Positions 47,201 through 56,945 of a stretch of 64,000 nt of DNA are shown piece after piece (positions within the stretch are counted from its first letter, which is position 1; every line of letters begins with the position of its first letter). The position numbers and the translations under genes are program-made. Source of the DNA: a virus (Duplodnaviria; Caudoviricetes); the IMG/VR virus record IMGVR_UViG_3300029288_000116, positions 31,162 through 95,161 of that record; one strand, given 5' to 3'. Under the pieces are notes generated by a model that saw nothing but the letters and a program-made list of their open reading frames with translations, did not search any database and was not told where the DNA came from.

Positions 47201-48125
47201 TCATTTCTCCTTTTTCTTCTTAGGTTTCTTTTCCGGTTTTGGGGTGAAAAAACTCTCTATCATATCTGCTTTTCCCATTGGCTCCAGCAAAAATGAAATC
47301 TTGTGTAAATACGTCTTATCTACCATTTTATTATAATCTATCTCTATTCCAGCTTCATCGAATTCCTTAACCCATCTTAAGAAGGACATAGTATCAAATT
47401 CCCATTTATTGGGCTTAAGATATACAACCTTAACCTTCATTCCGCTACCAAGCTCTGGGACTCTCCCTTCTAGATCCAAAGACTTAACCAGTTTCCGATA
47501 ATTTAATAAACCTTTAACGTGGTATGGACAGCCCTTTAAAGCTTCTCCTTTATCATTATGTTTAGATACCGAAGTTATTCCTATGTTTAACGCTATTTCT
47601 TCAGGAAGAGAAGTTTTTATGGCTTCTATATCCCCTTCCATTTGTTGCATTAGAGCTGTGTCGTCAGAGTCTTTAAGGAGTAGTGAAATAATGTTCTTGA
47701 GTCTACTTCTTATTATTTGAGGACAAGAAGATTGGATAATTTCTAGGCCTTTTGTGTGAGTTTTATCTTTTGGGATACCCTCTTCGTCAATTACCCATAA
47801 AGTATATTTCTTTTTTGCTACAAATATACCAGACCTTGCTACTATTTCTTGTTTGAAACTTATTTTAAAATCGTGTTCTTGGCTATTATACTCGTTTAAT
47901 TGTACTTCATTATAGGCTCTATCATTAATATTATCAATGATAGTTTTAGAAATTCTTTTACAATATTTTAGCCTTTCGTCCTCGGATAAAGCGTTCCATT
48001 TTTCTAGCCCACAATGGTGCTCCACAATATTTTGGATAGATAAAAATATGGAATCGGTGTCGTCTTCAACCGTAGATAACAAAATCAGAATCTTTGTTAT
48101 CTACGTTATTTACCTCCTTATTCAT
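47201..48125 (-). CDS. gp43: DNA polymerase B, C-terminal subunit; frame interrupted at YG/DTDS
   Basis: Mini-ORF MNKEVNNVDNKDSDFVIYG* (48125-48066), then DTDSIF...AKKKY...KGLEIIQS in the +1 frame. Confidence 0.85.
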
Positions 48126-49840
48126 GATTTTAGCTCCTTTAGTATAGAGACAAGTTCTTCATTAGGAGTATTACCGAGATCATTAACAAATTTCATTCCT
48201 CTACGTAATGTATGTCTTCCACAAGATGTAATAGCCTCAGCAATATCAAGATTAAAATAGCGAGAAAAAATTACGGAAAAAGCACCGTAAATACCGTTTA
48301 GAGTTGTCTTTACTGCTATTTGGGAATTTTTCATTTGTATAGCTTTAATTTTTTTTCCGGCTTTAGAGTATTCCATCATCTTGTCTTTTATTTCCTTTCG
48401 GTGTGCAAATAGGGCTCGTTCTACGTCTGCAAAACATCCAGACGGTCTACTCTTAAATATAACACCTATGGGAGATATTGTTAACAAACCAGCTCTAACA
48501 GAATTATTAAAGGCTTTAAGATATTTTCCTGAAACCCATTTTTCTGCTTTTGTATCAAAACACCTCATAGTGAATTCTGGAAATTCTTTTTTTATAGTAA
48601 AATTAATAATTTCGTCTTCTGAAAAATTCATTATCCTTCCATAATATGATTCATTAGACATATTTAATGTGATAATATGGCTAGGATAACTTGAGGTAAT
48701 ATCGGCGTCGATTACCCACTCATATTTTCCTACTAAAGGTTCTTTTACAATTGCAGCTTCAAAGTCTCTTGTGGACCCTTTGGGCATCGCTGGGGCGCAA
48801 AGGTTATGACGTCTAAGATAGGTTAACATCGCCGCTTCGATTAGTGGGGTCTGTTTATCGCAGAACTTCATGGGACATTTACTGAATAATGAAATACCTT
48901 GTACGAGTTTGATAAAACCCTTCTTTTCTTCTAGCTGTTGTACTCGCCTCACATCTATTTTATTATATTCTACATAAGCATTCCAGTCTTTATCATAAAG
49001 TTCCTTAAGATCTTCAGCGATTTTACTATAATCAAATTTTCCGGCTCCTAACTCAAAGTTTGAGACGAATTGAAGAGAATACGATTCAAGATTTTCTGCA
49101 GAATATAGCTTATAAAGTTCCATGTAATCAAGAATTGATATTCCGGCAAGATCTATGTTTAGGTCTCCTCCTGTTTTTGTCCAAACATTTACATTTCCTG
49201 CCGGAGACATAGCATTATAAATTCTTGTATTTTTACCAAAAAGATTTATAATACGATTGTATAAATACGGAAGATCAAATCCTCTAATATTCCAACCACT
49301 TAATACATCACAAGGATACCTTTTCATAAAGCCTAAAAACTTTTGTAGTAGTTCTTTTTCAGTAGCACAATAATAGTAACTATCTTCAAGGTTGGATTTG
49401 AAAGGCTTAAGACCGAATGTTGTTATTTTTCCTGAGGAATGATCGCAAATAGAAATTAATGATACTGGGTCTTCTGCTACACTGGGTTTTGGAAACCCCA
49501 ACTGAGGACGGTGGATTTCCAAATCCAAATAGTATATTTTAAGAGTTGGGGCTCTTTCAGCCATTTCGTCATCAGATATTCCATAATACCTATCAACTAG
49601 GAATTGGATTTCAGGTTTTATTTTGTCTTCAAAAGCGCTTTGTTGTTTAGTAAAATCTTTGTAGTCTTTATATGTCTTGAAGGTCTTTTTTACTACAAAA
49701 TCTCCATACATAGACTTAATATCTGATTTGTTTGTTTTAAGAAACACGTATGGAACCCAATCTATGGGTTCTACAGGAAGATCTACTCCATCAACCTGTT
49801 CCCATAAATGTATTTGTCCCTTAAAATAATCGAACCACAC
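48122..49840 (-). CDS. gp43: DNA polymerase B, N-terminal subunit (exonuclease plus motifs A and B)
   Basis: DLE, GWNIRGFDLPY, YNKIDV, DITSSYP, KTTLNGIYG. Confidence 0.95.
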   Translation of the reverse strand: MWFDYFKGQIHLWEQVDGVDLPVEPIDWVPYVFLKTNKSDIKSMYGDFVVKKTFKTYKDYKDFTKQQSAFEDKIKPEIQFLVDRYYGISDDEMAERAPTLKIYYLDLEIHRPQLGFPKPSVAEDPVSLISICDHSSGKITTFGLKPFKSNLEDSYYYCATEKELLQKFLGFMKRYPCDVLSGWNIRGFDLPYLYNRIINLFGKNTRIYNAMSPAGNVNVWTKTGGDLNIDLAGISILDYMELYKLYSAENLESYSLQFVSNFELGAGKFDYSKIAEDLKELYDKDWNAYVEYNKIDVRRVQQLEEKKGFIKLVQGISLFSKCPMKFCDKQTPLIEAAMLTYLRRHNLCAPAMPKGSTRDFEAAIVKEPLVGKYEWVIDADITSSYPSHIITLNMSNESYYGRIMNFSEDEIINFTIKKEFPEFTMRCFDTKAEKWVSGKYLKAFNNSVRAGLLTISPIGVIFKSRPSGCFADVERALFAHRKEIKDKMMEYSKAGKKIKAIQMKNSQIAVKTTLNGIYGAFSVIFSRYFNLDIAEAITSCGRHTLRRGMKFVNDLGNTPNEELVSILKELKS

Positions 49841-49856
49841 ATTTTTAAAAATTGTA

Positions 49857-50102
49857 TTACTCCTCTCTAGACAAAAAATCCCTACGTTCAGAGAAAATTG
49901 TTCTGTGCCTATTCTGCATCCGCTCTAAAATACATTTTATATTATTTCTGCTTCCTTGTAAATCACCTTGGAGAGCTAATTTTATTTCCTCAATCCAAAA
50001 ATTTAATTGCTCTTGCTCCTTAATAAGAAGCTTTTCTTGAATTAGAAGATTTAGATTTCGAATTGTCTTTCCATCTAAGTTCTTAGTATTATCTGGGATC
50101 AA
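49857..50102 (-). CDS. Hypothetical protein
   Basis: Operon ORF. Confidence 0.5.
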   Translation of the reverse strand: MIPDNTKNLDGKTIRNLNLLIQEKLLIKEQEQLNFWIEEIKLALQGDLQGSRNNIKCILERMQNRHRTIFSERRDFLSREE

Positions 50103-50518
50103 GGGTTTGCTCCCTCTTTTAGCACGATAATCGCAGCAGCAATATAGTTTATAGCTCCTAGCAGCTCAGCAATTCCATGCTCAGTTTCTAATCTAATTGA
50201 CTCTTCAATTTTCTTCATAGCCTGGCCCAATGGAAATCCGATTCCCACCTTTCTGGCTATAGAGCAACATGGTTGCTTATCATAAGAATCATTTGAAGCG
50301 TGTCTTTCTTTTCCTTTACCATATGCTGCTTGGTTAAAAGCTTCGATAAGTGTCTGTAAAAGAACTTCATAATTCTTTTTGGTTTCCTCATGTAAATATA
50401 CCATCGGAATTATCTTGTCGCCAGGCTTTATGTAGAGGCTCTTGGAAACAGTACAAAATTCCAGTTCACATTCTCTGCAGTCAGACTCTTCATCACAATG
50501 GAACTTTGGTACTGACAT
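50099..50518 (-). CDS. Hypothetical protein, possibly all-alpha NTP pyrophosphatase-like
   Basis: GKGKERHA...GQAMKKIEES...ELLGAINY. Confidence 0.45.
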   Translation of the reverse strand: MSVPKFHCDEESDCRECELEFCTVSKSLYIKPGDKIIPMVYLHEETKKNYEVLLQTLIEAFNQAAYGKGKERHASNDSYDKQPCCSIARKVGIGFPLGQAMKKIEESIRLETEHGIAELLGAINYIAAAIIVLKEGANP

Positions 50519-50807
50519 TTTTGTTTTTCTCCCCTATTTTATAGATTTCAAAGTAATAATGACCACCTCGCTCAGACTTCTGCCAATAGAGATGCCAAAA
50601 CATATTTTTGGCTAAAGAGTCAATTATAGACTCAGCCCCCGACCATCCCCCACAGTGCAAGGCTAATTTATTACCTTCCAACACAAAATAATTATCCCAG
50701 GGCCATAATTTCCTAATATATAATACAAGTACCATAGGATCATTTCTTACAGCATCGTATGTTTCAATGAATTCCAAATCTTCTTCAGTTGGGTAGGTGT
50801 TGTCCAT
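50493..50807 (-). CDS. Hypothetical phage protein
   Basis: YPTEEDL, GGWSGAESII, RGGHYYF. Confidence 0.6.
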   Translation of the reverse strand: MDNTYPTEEDLEFIETYDAVRNDPMVLVLYIRKLWPWDNYFVLEGNKLALHCGGWSGAESIIDSLAKNMFWHLYWQKSERGGHYYFEIYKIGEKNKNVSTKVPL

Positions 50808-50808
50808 T

Positions 50809-51114
50809 CTATACACGCTCATATATGATTGTTTTTACTTCCCTAGGAACAACTTCACAAATAGTGGCAGGGTCGAATTCCCAGCCCTTATCATAAGCTG
50901 AGTCGTCCCCTGTAGTACGACCTTGTAAAAATCCTATATACACACTGTCAATTTCTACTACTTCAAAATATTCCGACCACCAACGATGTTCTGAATATAG
51001 TTTTGAATAAATAACATCTGACTCCATTAAGGTTTCTATTAAATCGGCCTCTGAAGTTCCATATCCGTTTTTAAGATTATACTGCGTTAGATGCTCCTTA
51101 ATTCTGTTGTCCAT
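50809..51114 (-). CDS. Hypothetical protein
   Basis: HRWW...EVVPREVKTIIYE; SD. Confidence 0.6.
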   Translation of the reverse strand: MDNRIKEHLTQYNLKNGYGTSEADLIETLMESDVIYSKLYSEHRWWSEYFEVVEIDSVYIGFLQGRTTGDDSAYDKGWEFDPATICEVVPREVKTIIYERV

Positions 51115-51240
51115 TATTTACCGTCCTTATGATACCAGATAGCCATAATAATTCCATTCATTAACATAACAGTAGCTAATACTTGAGAATTAATAATTAT
51201 TGCAACCAGGCCCCCAAACACACACACAATACCAGCAATC

Positions 51241-51612
51241 TTATTCATTGTTAGCCTCCTTTATCTCTACAAATTCCCACTCAAAGTCGTAATCCCCCTC
51301 GAATGTTTGCCAACTATGACCCACAGGCCTATATAATTTTCCATCTTTTAAAATATTAGAGCACGGAATTCCATTTTCCTTAAAAAGATCTATTTCTTCT
51401 CCGAACAAATCAAACCAAAAAGAACAAGTTTCACATTCTCTGAGAAGTTTACAAGATTTCTTTTTTAAAAGTCTTAATCTCGTAACTTCAGTGATATCTT
51501 CATTTCCTGATATGAAGGCTGAACGTTGGCATCTAAACACTAAACCTTTACAATCATGCGTACCATCTCGTTCTTGCTTTATGTTTTCCAAAATAGAGTC
51601 TAAGTTTAACAT
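51241..51612 (-). CDS. Hypothetical protein
   Basis: SD GAGGAGGT. Confidence 0.6.
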   Translation of the reverse strand: MLNLDSILENIKQERDGTHDCKGLVFRCQRSAFISGNEDITEVTRLRLLKKKSCKLLRECETCSFWFDLFGEEIDLFKENGIPCSNILKDGKLYRPVGHSWQTFEGDYDFEWEFVEIKEANNE

Positions 51613-51614
51613 TT

Positions 51615-51824
51615 TTATTCTACCTCCTCAAACTCAATTTTTAATACACAACCAAGTTTTTTGGCTATCTTTTCCATTATTTCAAGAGTTAAATTTACTT
51701 CTCCATTTCTGAGTCTTTCTATAAAAATTTGATTAGTACCGATCTTTCTTTTAAGATCGGCATTAGAAATGCCCTTCTTTTCTATAAGAGCATTTAACGT
51801 CTTAGTGAAATTTATCTTCGGCAT
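51615..51824 (-). CDS. XRE-family helix-turn-helix protein
   Basis: GISNADLKRKIGTNQ...NLTLEIMEKIAKKLG. Confidence 0.8.
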   Translation of the reverse strand: MPKINFTKTLNALIEKKGISNADLKRKIGTNQIFIERLRNGEVNLTLEIMEKIAKKLGCVLKIEFEEVE

Positions 51825-52030
51825 TAATCCTCCTTAGTTTCGTATGAAAGGGTCCATTCATTATCTACTGAGTTATATAGCGCGATAACCGTCATGTCTT
51901 TTCCGCCCATCCTGATATAATCATTACCTCCATCAACGAAGGTTTGATTATCACAAGAACACATAACAAAATCATGTCTGTACTTAGACTCAAGAACTTC
52001 ACCACATTTTAGACATTTGACTTTAGACAT
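51824..52030 (-). CDS. Small Zn-binding phage protein
   Basis: CLKCGEVLESKYRHDFVMCSC...VDGG. Confidence 0.7.
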   Translation of the reverse strand: MSKVKCLKCGEVLESKYRHDFVMCSCDNQTFVDGGNDYIRMGGKDMTVIALYNSVDNEWTLSYETKED

Positions 52031-52221
52031 TAAACCCTTCTTAATTTATTCTAACTATTTTATATTGTTCATAAATTTCTGTAATGTCTTCCCGAATAAC
52101 TTCCCGTGTTCTATAGTTAGGATCTTCATGAAAATTTTCCACAGCACAATCTAAATCTCCATGCTCCTTTAAAATCTCTTGTAGCTTATTAATAACTTCG
52201 GTAATTTTCATATTAAACCTC

Positions 52222-53166
52222 CTATGAGAACATCCGATCAATGATTTCGATCAGATAAGCGGAGTTAACTTTTACAGGGTCTTTTTCCTTAATCTTATCA
52301 ATAACTTGCAGGAAATACGCGCAATCTACACCCGTGAGTTGATCTTGTAGAACCTCTATGTTAGTAAGATCTAGTTCGTTAATTTGCATCAAAATCTTAA
52401 GTATTTGTCCTGCATTTATGGTCCACCCACGTCTAATGAACTTTCTTAAACGAAAAATTGAACATACAGGGTATTTACTTCCGACATAGACTAATTCTCT
52501 AGACAAAAGAGCTTCCAAAGCCTCTTTTTTGAGTTCTAGTTTTTTGTCCCAAGATGTCCAAAATTGAGTACAATGGACGAAGTCGTAATTTTTATGAATT
52601 TCCTCCGGTTCTCCAAAGAATCGTAAAACTAATTGAATTTTCCCAGATAAGGTTATCGCGTTTGTCGAAAGAAAAACAGGTCTATATTTGTTTTTGCCTT
52701 CGTCCTCAGTTTCTAGTGCTAGATTTTCTGTTTCTTCATATCTATCCTCGATTTCTCCAGGATCTGTCATTACTTCGCCAACATAAGCTTCAGCTTCTTC
52801 CTCTGGCCTAGCTTCGAAATATTCATATGGCTTATCAGCTCCGTCTTCACTAGCAATCCCAGCCGACTGAATAACTACTTTAACTCTATCAAACTCTTCC
52901 ACAACACGGATTTTGCATGGAATGCCGTTTCGGTTTTTAGGCTTAAATCTCTCTACATAGTATTTAGCTATTGTTAGTGTTGCATCTTTTGTTCTAAAAT
53001 AAATATCAAAATCATTAACCTTCTCATTAAGAAGCATAGAAGCTATACAACCACCTGTTACAATTGTGTTGTCTTCTGCTAGTTTCTTAACAACAGGATC
53101 TTCAATTGTTTCAGTCCAGCTTTTTATTTTTTTTGAAATTATAGCCTTGATTGTTTTAGCTTTCAT
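52222..53166 (-). CDS. Pol-beta-superfamily nucleotidyltransferase (CCA/poly(A)-polymerase head-like)
   Basis: VTGGCIASMLLNEKVNDFDIYF (GG...DxD), YDFVH, RLRKFIRRGW. Confidence 0.65.
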   Translation of the reverse strand: MKAKTIKAIISKKIKSWTETIEDPVVKKLAEDNTIVTGGCIASMLLNEKVNDFDIYFRTKDATLTIAKYYVERFKPKNRNGIPCKIRVVEEFDRVKVVIQSAGIASEDGADKPYEYFEARPEEEAEAYVGEVMTDPGEIEDRYEETENLALETEDEGKNKYRPVFLSTNAITLSGKIQLVLRFFGEPEEIHKNYDFVHCTQFWTSWDKKLELKKEALEALLSRELVYVGSKYPVCSIFRLRKFIRRGWTINAGQILKILMQINELDLTNIEVLQDQLTGVDCAYFLQVIDKIKEKDPVKVNSAYLIEIIDRMFS

Positions 53167-53188
53167 TTATAAACTCCTTAGAATTTGG

Positions 53189-53259
53189 TGGAGCGGGGGC
53201 CGGTGATGAAACCGGATTTCCAGTCGGGAAGACCGTATTTTACTTTAAATTACCCCCGC
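53189..53259 (-). tRNA. Atypical tRNA-Gly-like gene (anticodon TCC or CCC ambiguous)
   Basis: Acceptor GCGGGGG/CCCCCGC, U73, CCA followed by a second CCA; aberrant D, anticodon and T loops. Confidence 0.6.
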
Positions 53260-53269
53260 ATCTGAATAG

Positions 53270-53299
53270 ATTATATCACTTTGGCGGGATGAAGTAAAC
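53270..53299 (-). promoter_or_regulatory. Early promoter GTTTAC-N18-TATAAT for the tRNA/nucleotidyltransferase operon
   Basis: Minus strand gtttacttcatcccgccaaagtgatataat. Confidence 0.7.
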
Positions 53300-53799
53300 T
53301 AAAGAATTTGGCAATAATCACCTTTAATGTAATTATTTATATCATAAACTCCTTCTAAAACAGTAAAAGTATTGTTTTCGTCGTGGAGAAATTGGATAAC
53401 ATATTCTGATACCCCAAAGCGTTTAAGATGGTCCTCAAGACTTTTTTTAGTTTCGTAATGTCCTACATATAAAGAATTTTTTACTTCAAAATGAGTATCT
53501 ATGGGCCTAATGTATAGATCATGTGCTTTTTTTGAAGATAGTTCAAAAAAAGAAAACTTTGATAAGCATATCCATTGACAATAAAGCCCAAGCTTATGTT
53601 GGAATTCTATTACAGAATCTTCTCTCTGGCCGTCTTTATACTTCTTTTTTTCAGACCCCCTAATTCTCGATAACTCTGATAAAATTAAGGGGTCTTTTAA
53701 AAAAGATTTAAAATCATCATTTTCAAAATTGAAATAAGATTTTATCCCAATTAATTCATTGATGGTTTTTATGTAATTATTAGTTTTTATATTCTTCAT
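53299..53799 (-). CDS. Hypothetical protein (possible PD-(D/E)xK-like)
   Basis: HDL...FEVKN. Confidence 0.5.
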   Translation of the reverse strand: MKNIKTNNYIKTINELIGIKSYFNFENDDFKSFLKDPLILSELSRIRGSEKKKYKDGQREDSVIEFQHKLGLYCQWICLSKFSFFELSSKKAHDLYIRPIDTHFEVKNSLYVGHYETKKSLEDHLKRFGVSEYVIQFLHDENNTFTVLEGVYDINNYIKGDYCQIL

Positions 53800-54196
53800 A
53801 TCTATGACAATTTAAAGCTAAAGCATTGTATAATACTTCTTCAAACCTCAATGTTAGTTCTTCATATTCTCTCATATCTTCTGTTGCACCAAATAGAAGG
53901 GCATACATTCCACAAACAGCACCATGAACACAATTAATACAGGTTTCTCTGCCTTCATTTTCTTTTAATAGTTGATCATAATTGACATACATTTTACTTT
54001 TCTCCTTTATGGATGTATTTGTTTTTCTGTTGGAACACATTCTACAGCAAAAGGCCTGCCGAGGACATTAGAATATATCTTTACATTCATACCTTGTTCT
54101 TCACACTTCTTGCATTTCTCAATTATTACTTTAGGGGAAAGGCCGGGATCTGAACACCCAAATAAGACCACAAAAGCTAATATCATGAGACTATAT

Positions 54197-54400
54197 TTAA
54201 TCATTTTTTAATATAGTCCCCCCAACAATAGGATGTATATCACCACGGCCATACCAAGTTTCTCTTTGTTGTACAGCTACATTAAAGGCTTCTAAACACG
54301 ATAACATATACTGTGCTAAGCACCAATCCGGGGTGTTAGATGCGTTTTCTGCACTAGCGCAATTCAATACTCTTGCTAATTCTCTTTCTAAAGATTCCAT
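54197..54400 (-). CDS. Hypothetical phage protein
   Basis: ENASNTPDWCLAQYM. Confidence 0.6.
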   Translation of the reverse strand: MESLERELARVLNCASAENASNTPDWCLAQYMLSCLEAFNVAVQQRETWYGRGDIHPIVGGTILKND

Positions 54401-54462
54401 CTACTTCTCCTTTATGTTAATGATGTCGACCCAAATCCACCAACATAGAATATGTTTTAACA

Positions 54463-54657
54463 TTATTGCAGCCTCTCTAGTCCTTCTTCGTATTCTTTTA
54501 TAGACCTTTTAGCCCAAGTCAAAATCTCTTCTGAAGGAGGCTCTTGAGGAATGACTACACTGGCTATCACAACAAAGAATGATGTATCATTTAAAATCCC
54601 TCGTTGTCTATCCCTTACCGCTTCGGCAATTAAATCTAGTTTTTCTTTATCATTCAT
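54463..54657 (-). CDS. Hypothetical protein
   Basis: Coupled to dUTPase stop. Confidence 0.5.
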   Translation of the reverse strand: MNDKEKLDLIAEAVRDRQRGILNDTSFFVVIASVVIPQEPPSEEILTWAKRSIKEYEEGLERLQ

Positions 54658-55169
54658 TATTTTACCCCAGTTGAACCGAATCCACCAGACCCTCTATCAC
54701 TATCACTAAGCTCTTCAACTTGTTCTGGAACCCCAGTCCAACAAGGCAAAACTAACATTTGAGCTATTTTTTCGCCTTTAGGAATATAGATCCAGTCGTC
54801 CGCGTCCGACTTCATTACAACATGACAAATCCCTCGATATGCCGCATCGATGATATTACCCTTAGTTTGGTATCCGGTATTATATGCCCTACCACTTTTA
54901 TCTTGTACTATTAATACATAGCCTTCTGGGAATTCTACAGAAAATCCAAGAGAAATTTTAATCGTAGACCTACTAGGAATATTGACATTTTCAATAGAAT
55001 AGACATCCATTCCAGCATCCCCAGAAAAAGCCCTTGTTGGCATTTTTGCGTCTGGGTGTTCAAGTTTTACTTTAAGATAGAAGTTCTTCCATAAAAATGT
55101 ATCTGTTACTCTGTCCAGTTCTCTTTTTGCTTTAATCAACTTTCCCATTTCTTCTAGATCTACTGACAT
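54657..55169 (-). CDS. dut: Trimeric dUTPase
   Basis: DAGMD, KSG, IIDAAYRG, KIAQ, RGSGGFGSTG. Confidence 0.92.
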   Translation of the reverse strand: MSVDLEEMGKLIKAKRELDRVTDTFLWKNFYLKVKLEHPDAKMPTRAFSGDAGMDVYSIENVNIPSRSTIKISLGFSVEFPEGYVLIVQDKSGRAYNTGYQTKGNIIDAAYRGICHVVMKSDADDWIYIPKGEKIAQMLVLPCWTGVPEQVEELSDSDRGSGGFGSTGVK

Positions 55170-55179
55170 ATCTATCTCC

Positions 55180-55467
55180 TTAGTCTATTATCCCCAATCT
55201 CTTTAACCCAGATTCTACTTTTTCGTCAATGGATTCTTTATCTAATTGATATAATGCTAATAAGCTTATAGCGGCAACTTCTTTATCGTCGTATTTTGTA
55301 ATTGATTCTTTATGGAATTTTATTGCGGCTTCTCTTTTAGAGCATTCTGAACATTCAACTTCGTACTCTTCTTCTACAATATTTTCCATAAAGAAATCAA
55401 GAAGTATTTGACCTAATTCTTGTGGTGTACGATCATTAAACCATTGTTCAAAATCTTCAGAAGTCAT
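55180..55467 (-). CDS. Hypothetical protein
   Basis: ATGA-coupled to uvsW. Confidence 0.55.
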   Translation of the reverse strand: MTSEDFEQWFNDRTPQELGQILLDFFMENIVEEEYEVECSECSKREAAIKFHKESITKYDDKEVAAISLLALYQLDKESIDEKVESGLKRLGIID

Positions 55468-56945
55468 GTTATCTCCCTTATTAAGGAATCTATATTATAT
55501 CGATCCTCGTATATATCAAATTCTCTTATATTAAACTCTTCATTTACATAATGCTTAAGTCGATCAACTGATTGTTTTTTAAAATATTTTGTGTGATCAA
55601 TTATATCTATAATTTCAGCTCCAGTATCTTTTGTATCATGCTTTCTTAACGTTCTTCCGATACTTTGAAGTATTCGTATTTTAGACTTATACGGAGCTGC
55701 AAAAATCAAATATTTTAAAGAAGGTATATTAATTCCTTGTTGGAATATTGGATAAGTGGCTATGAGAACTAAATCTGAATCCTTATCCATGTTCTTACGC
55801 CATATCTCTCTTTCTTCTGAAGGATCCTTACCAGATAAAAATATTACTTCTTTATTTGGAAGTTGTTCTTTCAAATATTCCAGAAGAACTTGTCCTTCTT
55901 TTCTTACCATCCCTACTAAAATTAAAAAATTAGAGTCTACCTTCTCTACGATTTCTTTGATAAAATTTAATCTGAATGGAATATTGAAAATCTTTTCTTT
56001 CATTTCGGCATATGTACCACCATACTTGTTACTATAATGCATGTTAACTTGATTTACATTGCAATAGCTCACGTATCCTTCGTCTGCGAGCTTTGCTGAT
56101 GATATATCTAAAAGTACAGGACCTAAAAACGACATAATATTCCAGAGATCTAGTTTATTATCAGGCAAAGTTCCAGTAAATCCAAATCTATATCTCGCTC
56201 TAGGCATCTGAGATAAGAGAGTCCTCACCACGAGAGCTTTTACAGAATGCGTTTCGTCGCAGATTACTGTGTCATATAGATCCAACTTATCTAAATTATT
56301 AGCCAAAGTCTGCCAAGTACTTATTACGATTTTCTTATCGAATTCTAAATTTCCATCTCCTACTTTTCCTATTTTCGCAGGATCTATACCATATTCTATC
56401 ATATCTGAATGAAATTGTTCTATTAAAGAGATGTTTGGAACTATAATTAGTTGTTGTCTGGTTATTTTCTCTAAGTTGTTGATAATAAAGGAAACCCCGA
56501 GTGATTTCCCAGACGCTGTAGCCGAACGTATTATACCTCTACCGTATTTTAATGCTTTTTCTACAATCTCTTTTTGATACGGTCTAGGCTCTAAATTCAA
56601 ATCGTACTTAATATCTACATTTGCCCCGCTGAACAATAACTTAAGTCCTGGGTCTAGGTCTAATTCTCTACCAGCAAATTCACTTTTATGAAACCTAAGG
56701 AATTCAGGCAATACACCATACGGCAAAGTTCTTTCTCTTCCGTTAAATATACTTACCCTCCCATCCCATATTCCTGACCTAAATCTTGGGTCAAATATAT
56801 ATCCTGGAGTATGGTCAGAAAAATACTCCTTCAAGGCCCTTAGATAGTCTAAGTCCTTAGTATGGAACTTAAGATATAATTGATTATGGAGAGTAACCTT
56901 AATCAAAGTAACTTCCCCGCGTCGAGGTAGTTTTTTATCGACCAC
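55464..56945 (-). CDS. uvsW: SF2 DNA helicase UvsW (start uncertain)
   Basis: WDGRVSIF, RPYQ, SATASGKS, DETH, GFTGT, QSIGR. Confidence 0.92.
   Translation of the reverse strand: MVDKKLPRRGEVTLIKVTLHNQLYLKFHTKDLDYLRALKEYFSDHTPGYIFDPRFRSGIWDGRVSIFNGRERTLPYGVLPEFLRFHKSEFAGRELDLDPGLKLLFSGANVDIKYDLNLEPRPYQKEIVEKALKYGRGIIRSATASGKSLGVSFIINNLEKITRQQLIIVPNISLIEQFHSDMIEYGIDPAKIGKVGDGNLEFDKKIVISTWQTLANNLDKLDLYDTVICDETHSVKALVVRTLLSQMPRARYRFGFTGTLPDNKLDLWNIMSFLGPVLLDISSAKLADEGYVSYCNVNQVNMHYSNKYGGTYAEMKEKIFNIPFRLNFIKEIVEKVDSNFLILVGMVRKEGQVLLEYLKEQLPNKEVIFLSGKDPSEEREIWRKNMDKDSDLVLIATYPIFQQGINIPSLKYLIFAAPYKSKIRILQSIGRTLRKHDTKDTGAEIIDIIDHTKYFKKQSVDRLKHYVNEEFNIREFDIYEDRYNIDSLIREIT

Noticed and set aside
48062-48068. 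Group I intron or intein at the polymerase gap
   Set aside because: Only 7 nt, no terminal G at a frame-restoring position, and no intein residues.
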